A stretch of 64,000 nt of DNA. Source: a bacterium. GTDB taxonomy: Bacteria; SZUA-182; DTGQ01; JAFGSM01. The notes under the pieces are model-generated. The model searched no databases. It was not told where the DNA came from and saw only the letters and a program-made list of their open reading frames with translations. Numbering within the stretch: the stretch's first letter is position 1; the number at the start of each line of letters is the position of its first letter. Location: positions 17,920 to 81,919 of the forward strand of contig JBLIRO010000009.1 of NCBI GenBank assembly GCA_049472335.1. Direction: 5' to 3'. Made by a program: the position numbers and the translations under genes. Positions 61,280 through 64,000 of the stretch are shown piece after piece.

Positions 61280-62618
61280 ACCTACTCGGAGATTTTTTAG
61301 AGATCGTTTCGCCCCAGGTTTTTGACTTATTGATGATTTCCTGAGGATCGCATCGAGTAAAGCAGCGGTTTTGCAGAAGTATCTGTCCATCGATAATAAC
61401 CGTGTCCACATCGAGGCCGGAGGCGGCGTACACTATCTGGGAGGGAATATTATATAAGGGAACAAGATGCGGTTGATTGAGATCCAGACATATTACATCG
61501 GCCTTTTTCCCTGGTTCGAGGGATCCTATTTTATCCTCAAGGCCTAATGCCTTGGCTGCTTGTATGGTTGCCATCTCAAGCACTGTGCACGCATCCATTA
61601 CAGTCGGATCAAATAATGCCACCTTGTGCAATTTAGCTGCAACATCCATCTCCTGAAACATGTCCTGGTTATTGTTGCTTGCGCATCCGTCCGTGCCGAT
61701 ACCAACAGTGACACCCGCTTTCAGGAGACCGGGCACAGGCGCGATCCCTGCGGCAAGCTTCATATTGCTCTCGGCACAGTGTGCCACCTTCACCCCATGC
61801 TTCGCAATGATTTGAATCTCCTCATCATCCAGCCACACACAGTGGACTGCAAGCATATGTGGCCCCATTGCCCCCAGTTTTTCTAAATGCCTTACAGGAG
61901 TTGTCCCATATCTTTGCCTTATCTGATCAACTTCGTCCTTGGTCTCGGAAAGATGTATCATATACAGGACGTCTGTATCCAGTGATAGTTGTAATGCTCG
62001 TATAAGCGTGTCAGGAGAGCAGGTGTAAGTCGAATGGCAGAGAAGGGCAGGGCGGATGATTTCCGATCCTTTCCATTTCTGGATGAAATCAAGGACTTTT
62101 TTGAGCCCTTCTTTTGGATTTTGATATTGAGGATTGGGGAAATCGAGGATGCCCTGTGCCATAATCCCTCTCATCCCCAGTTCTGAGATGGCCTTTGCGG
62201 CAGCATCTTCAAAAAAATAACCATCTGCCAGGGTTGTTGTCCCTGAACGTATCATTGACATGCCTGTTAATAATGTCCCTGTATAAACAAAATCCGGTGA
62301 CATTAGGCTGGCTTCTGCCGGGAAGATATATTTACTCAGCCATTCCATAAGAGGCAGGTCATCTGCAAGACCCTTTAAGAGGCTCATCGCGGCATGAGTA
62401 TGAGTGTTGATCAAGCCGGGCATAACTATGTGATCAGACATATTCAGGATTTTTTTCGCTTTGAATTTCAAAGATAGGTCTGTCTCTTTACCCACAGAAA
62501 GGATCTTATCATCCTTAATCGCCACCCCGCCATCGATAATGGGTTTATCTCCGTTCATCTGGAGTACTATGCCCCCTGAAATCAACAAATCAATTTCTAT
62601 TTTTCCATTATCTTGCAT
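61278..62618 (-). CDS. mtaD: 5-methylthioadenosine/S-adenosylhomocysteine deaminase-like amidohydrolase
   Basis: PGLINTHTH, GLADDLPLMEWL..IFPAE, HLSET, SNMKLA, GTDGCASNN. Confidence 0.85.
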   Translation of the reverse strand: MQDNGKIEIDLLISGGIVLQMNGDKPIIDGGVAIKDDKILSVGKETDLSLKFKAKKILNMSDHIVMPGLINTHTHAAMSLLKGLADDLPLMEWLSKYIFPAEASLMSPDFVYTGTLLTGMSMIRSGTTTLADGYFFEDAAAKAISELGMRGIMAQGILDFPNPQYQNPKEGLKKVLDFIQKWKGSEIIRPALLCHSTYTCSPDTLIRALQLSLDTDVLYMIHLSETKDEVDQIRQRYGTTPVRHLEKLGAMGPHMLAVHCVWLDDEEIQIIAKHGVKVAHCAESNMKLAAGIAPVPGLLKAGVTVGIGTDGCASNNNQDMFQEMDVAAKLHKVALFDPTVMDACTVLEMATIQAAKALGLEDKIGSLEPGKKADVICLDLNQPHLVPLYNIPSQIVYAASGLDVDTVIIDGQILLQNRCFTRCDPQEIINKSKTWGETISKKSPSR

Positions 62619-62621
62619 TTT

Positions 62622-63491
62622 TTAATCCCCGGATTTATTATTTGACCTGCCTGTCAAGTCTTTTGGAATGGCATTTATGAAACCCTTCACCAGTCTCTTT
62701 ACCTCTGATGACGCTTTATAAACGACCTCAATAATCTCATCCAGGGTATGAACCTTGGGAGAGTCGGGCAGGTTGATATTACTTAGGACAGATATTCCCA
62801 GGACCCTTATCCCGCAGTGAACAGCGGTAATGACTTCCGGAACTGTAGACATGCCAACCGCATCCGCTCCAATACTTCTTAGAAATCTTGTCTCCGCTCT
62901 TGTTTCCAGATGGGGTCCCGGCACTGCCACATAAATCCCTTTCCATACATTAATCCTTTCTTTTTCGGCGGTATCTTTCATTAACCAGATTAAATCAGGA
63001 TCATAAGGGGCCGACATATCCGGAAATCTGGGGCCATATTCATCCAGATTGGGCCCGGACAAGGGACTGCCTCCCATAAGGTTTATGTGATCGATGATGA
63101 TCATGATCTGGCCCGCTGAATAAAGAGGGTTCAGTCCGCCTGCGGCGTTTGTAATTATTAGTATTTTGATGCCGAGTTCCTTAAATAAACGGACGATAAA
63201 TGCTATCTGATTCATAGAATAACCTTCATAGAGATGGAGACGCTTGCTTAGAATAACGCTTTGAAGGCCTTCGATAGAACCAAACAGGAGATTACGCTCA
63301 GTTTGATCGAGCAATGGAAATCCGGGAATGGTGTTAACAGGAAAGGACTTATAATCCTTTAGCAAACTATATAAGGATTCAAGCCCTGTTCCGGAAATCA
63401 ATCCGATTTGGGGTTTGGCATTTATTTTAGAAATAAGAAAGGTGGCAGCTTCCTTAATAATACCGGAATTTGCTATGAATTCTTTACTCAA
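62622..63491 (-). CDS. Purine-nucleoside phosphorylase (trimeric family)
   Basis: RLHLYEGY, TNAAGGLN, DHIN, GPRFPDMS, ETRAE, GADAVGMSTVPE. Confidence 0.9.
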   Translation of the reverse strand: MSKEFIANSGIIKEAATFLISKINAKPQIGLISGTGLESLYSLLKDYKSFPVNTIPGFPLLDQTERNLLFGSIEGLQSVILSKRLHLYEGYSMNQIAFIVRLFKELGIKILIITNAAGGLNPLYSAGQIMIIIDHINLMGGSPLSGPNLDEYGPRFPDMSAPYDPDLIWLMKDTAEKERINVWKGIYVAVPGPHLETRAETRFLRSIGADAVGMSTVPEVITAVHCGIRVLGISVLSNINLPDSPKVHTLDEIIEVVYKASSEVKRLVKGFINAIPKDLTGRSNNKSGD

Positions 63492-63512
63492 AGGCTTTCC
63501 CTGAAGAGGTTT

Positions 63513-64000
63513 TTATCCTGGTAATTTAACAGAAGGAAACCTTTTAAGATAACCCATTACCTGATCCTTTATTTCATTCAGAGATTCCCTTTCAAAGGCT
63601 TCAAATCTAAGGACCAGGACCGGTTGCGTATTGGAAGCCCTGATAAGTCCCCAACCCCTATCGAATAGTATCCTGGCACCATCTATTGAGATTACCTTGT
63701 GGTTTTTCTGAAATATCTTTTTGATCTCATCCACGATTTCAAACTTGTCTTCGTCTGTGCATTCTATCCTTATTTCCGGGGTGGTATAGGTTTCTGGAAC
63801 ATCCGATAAAATATGACTTAAAGGTATCGGGGATTTTGAGATAATCTCCAGAAGACGGCATGAGGCATATATGGCATCATCATATCCGAAATATCTGTCC
63901 GCAAAGAACATATGCCCGCTCATTTCTCCTGCAAGCGCGGCATTTTCGGCCCTCATTTTATCCTTTATAAGGGAGTGGCCGGTCCGCCACATGATAGGTT
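63513..64000 (-). CDS. Phosphomannomutase/phosphoglucomutase, C-terminal part (5' end outside the window)
   Basis: TGHS, GEMSGH, DDAIYA, TPEIR, WGLIRASNTQP. Confidence 0.92.
   Translation of the reverse strand, partial: PIMWRTGHSLIKDKMRAENAALAGEMSGHMFFADRYFGYDDAIYASCRLLEIISKSPIPLSHILSDVPETYTTPEIRIECTDEDKFEIVDEIKKIFQKNHKVISIDGARILFDRGWGLIRASNTQPVLVLRFEAFERESLNEIKDQVMGYLKRFPSVKLPG

Noticed and set aside
61079..61300. 73-aa plus-strand ORF
   Set aside because: Largely made of the AT-rich heptamer repeats; no protein-like features.

Overview
AT-rich bacterial chromosomal window with a diderm, Deltaproteobacteria-like gene repertoire; the taxon cannot be determined from the sequence alone. Housekeeping genes include hisF, rmlA/rmlC, bioY, a Ca2+-type P-ATPase, a selenocysteine-containing selD, fdhE, ligA, yebC-ruvCAB, a divergent EF-G paralogue and pmm-pnp-mtaD. 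The main accessory content has three parts. (1) A two-gene operon of secreted multiheme c-type cytochromes: a 2595-aa protein with about 69 CxxCH motifs (manual count), built largely from a tandem 101-aa tetraheme module that carries 4 extra His and 6 extra Cys, and an 823-aa ~10-heme protein interrupted by a long Met/Gly/Pro linker with 22 copies of PGMxxM. (2) A complete gspE-D type II secretion operon whose gspJ appears to start at an AUU codon. (3) Several dispersed secreted low-complexity (Tyr/Gly/Pro/Met-rich) proteins. Three of these and the T2SS operon each have a sigma-54 (-24/-12) motif upstream. Together this suggests, by inference only, a co-regulated extracellular conductive or matrix system. 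No rRNA, tRNA, CRISPR array or intact transposase was recognised.
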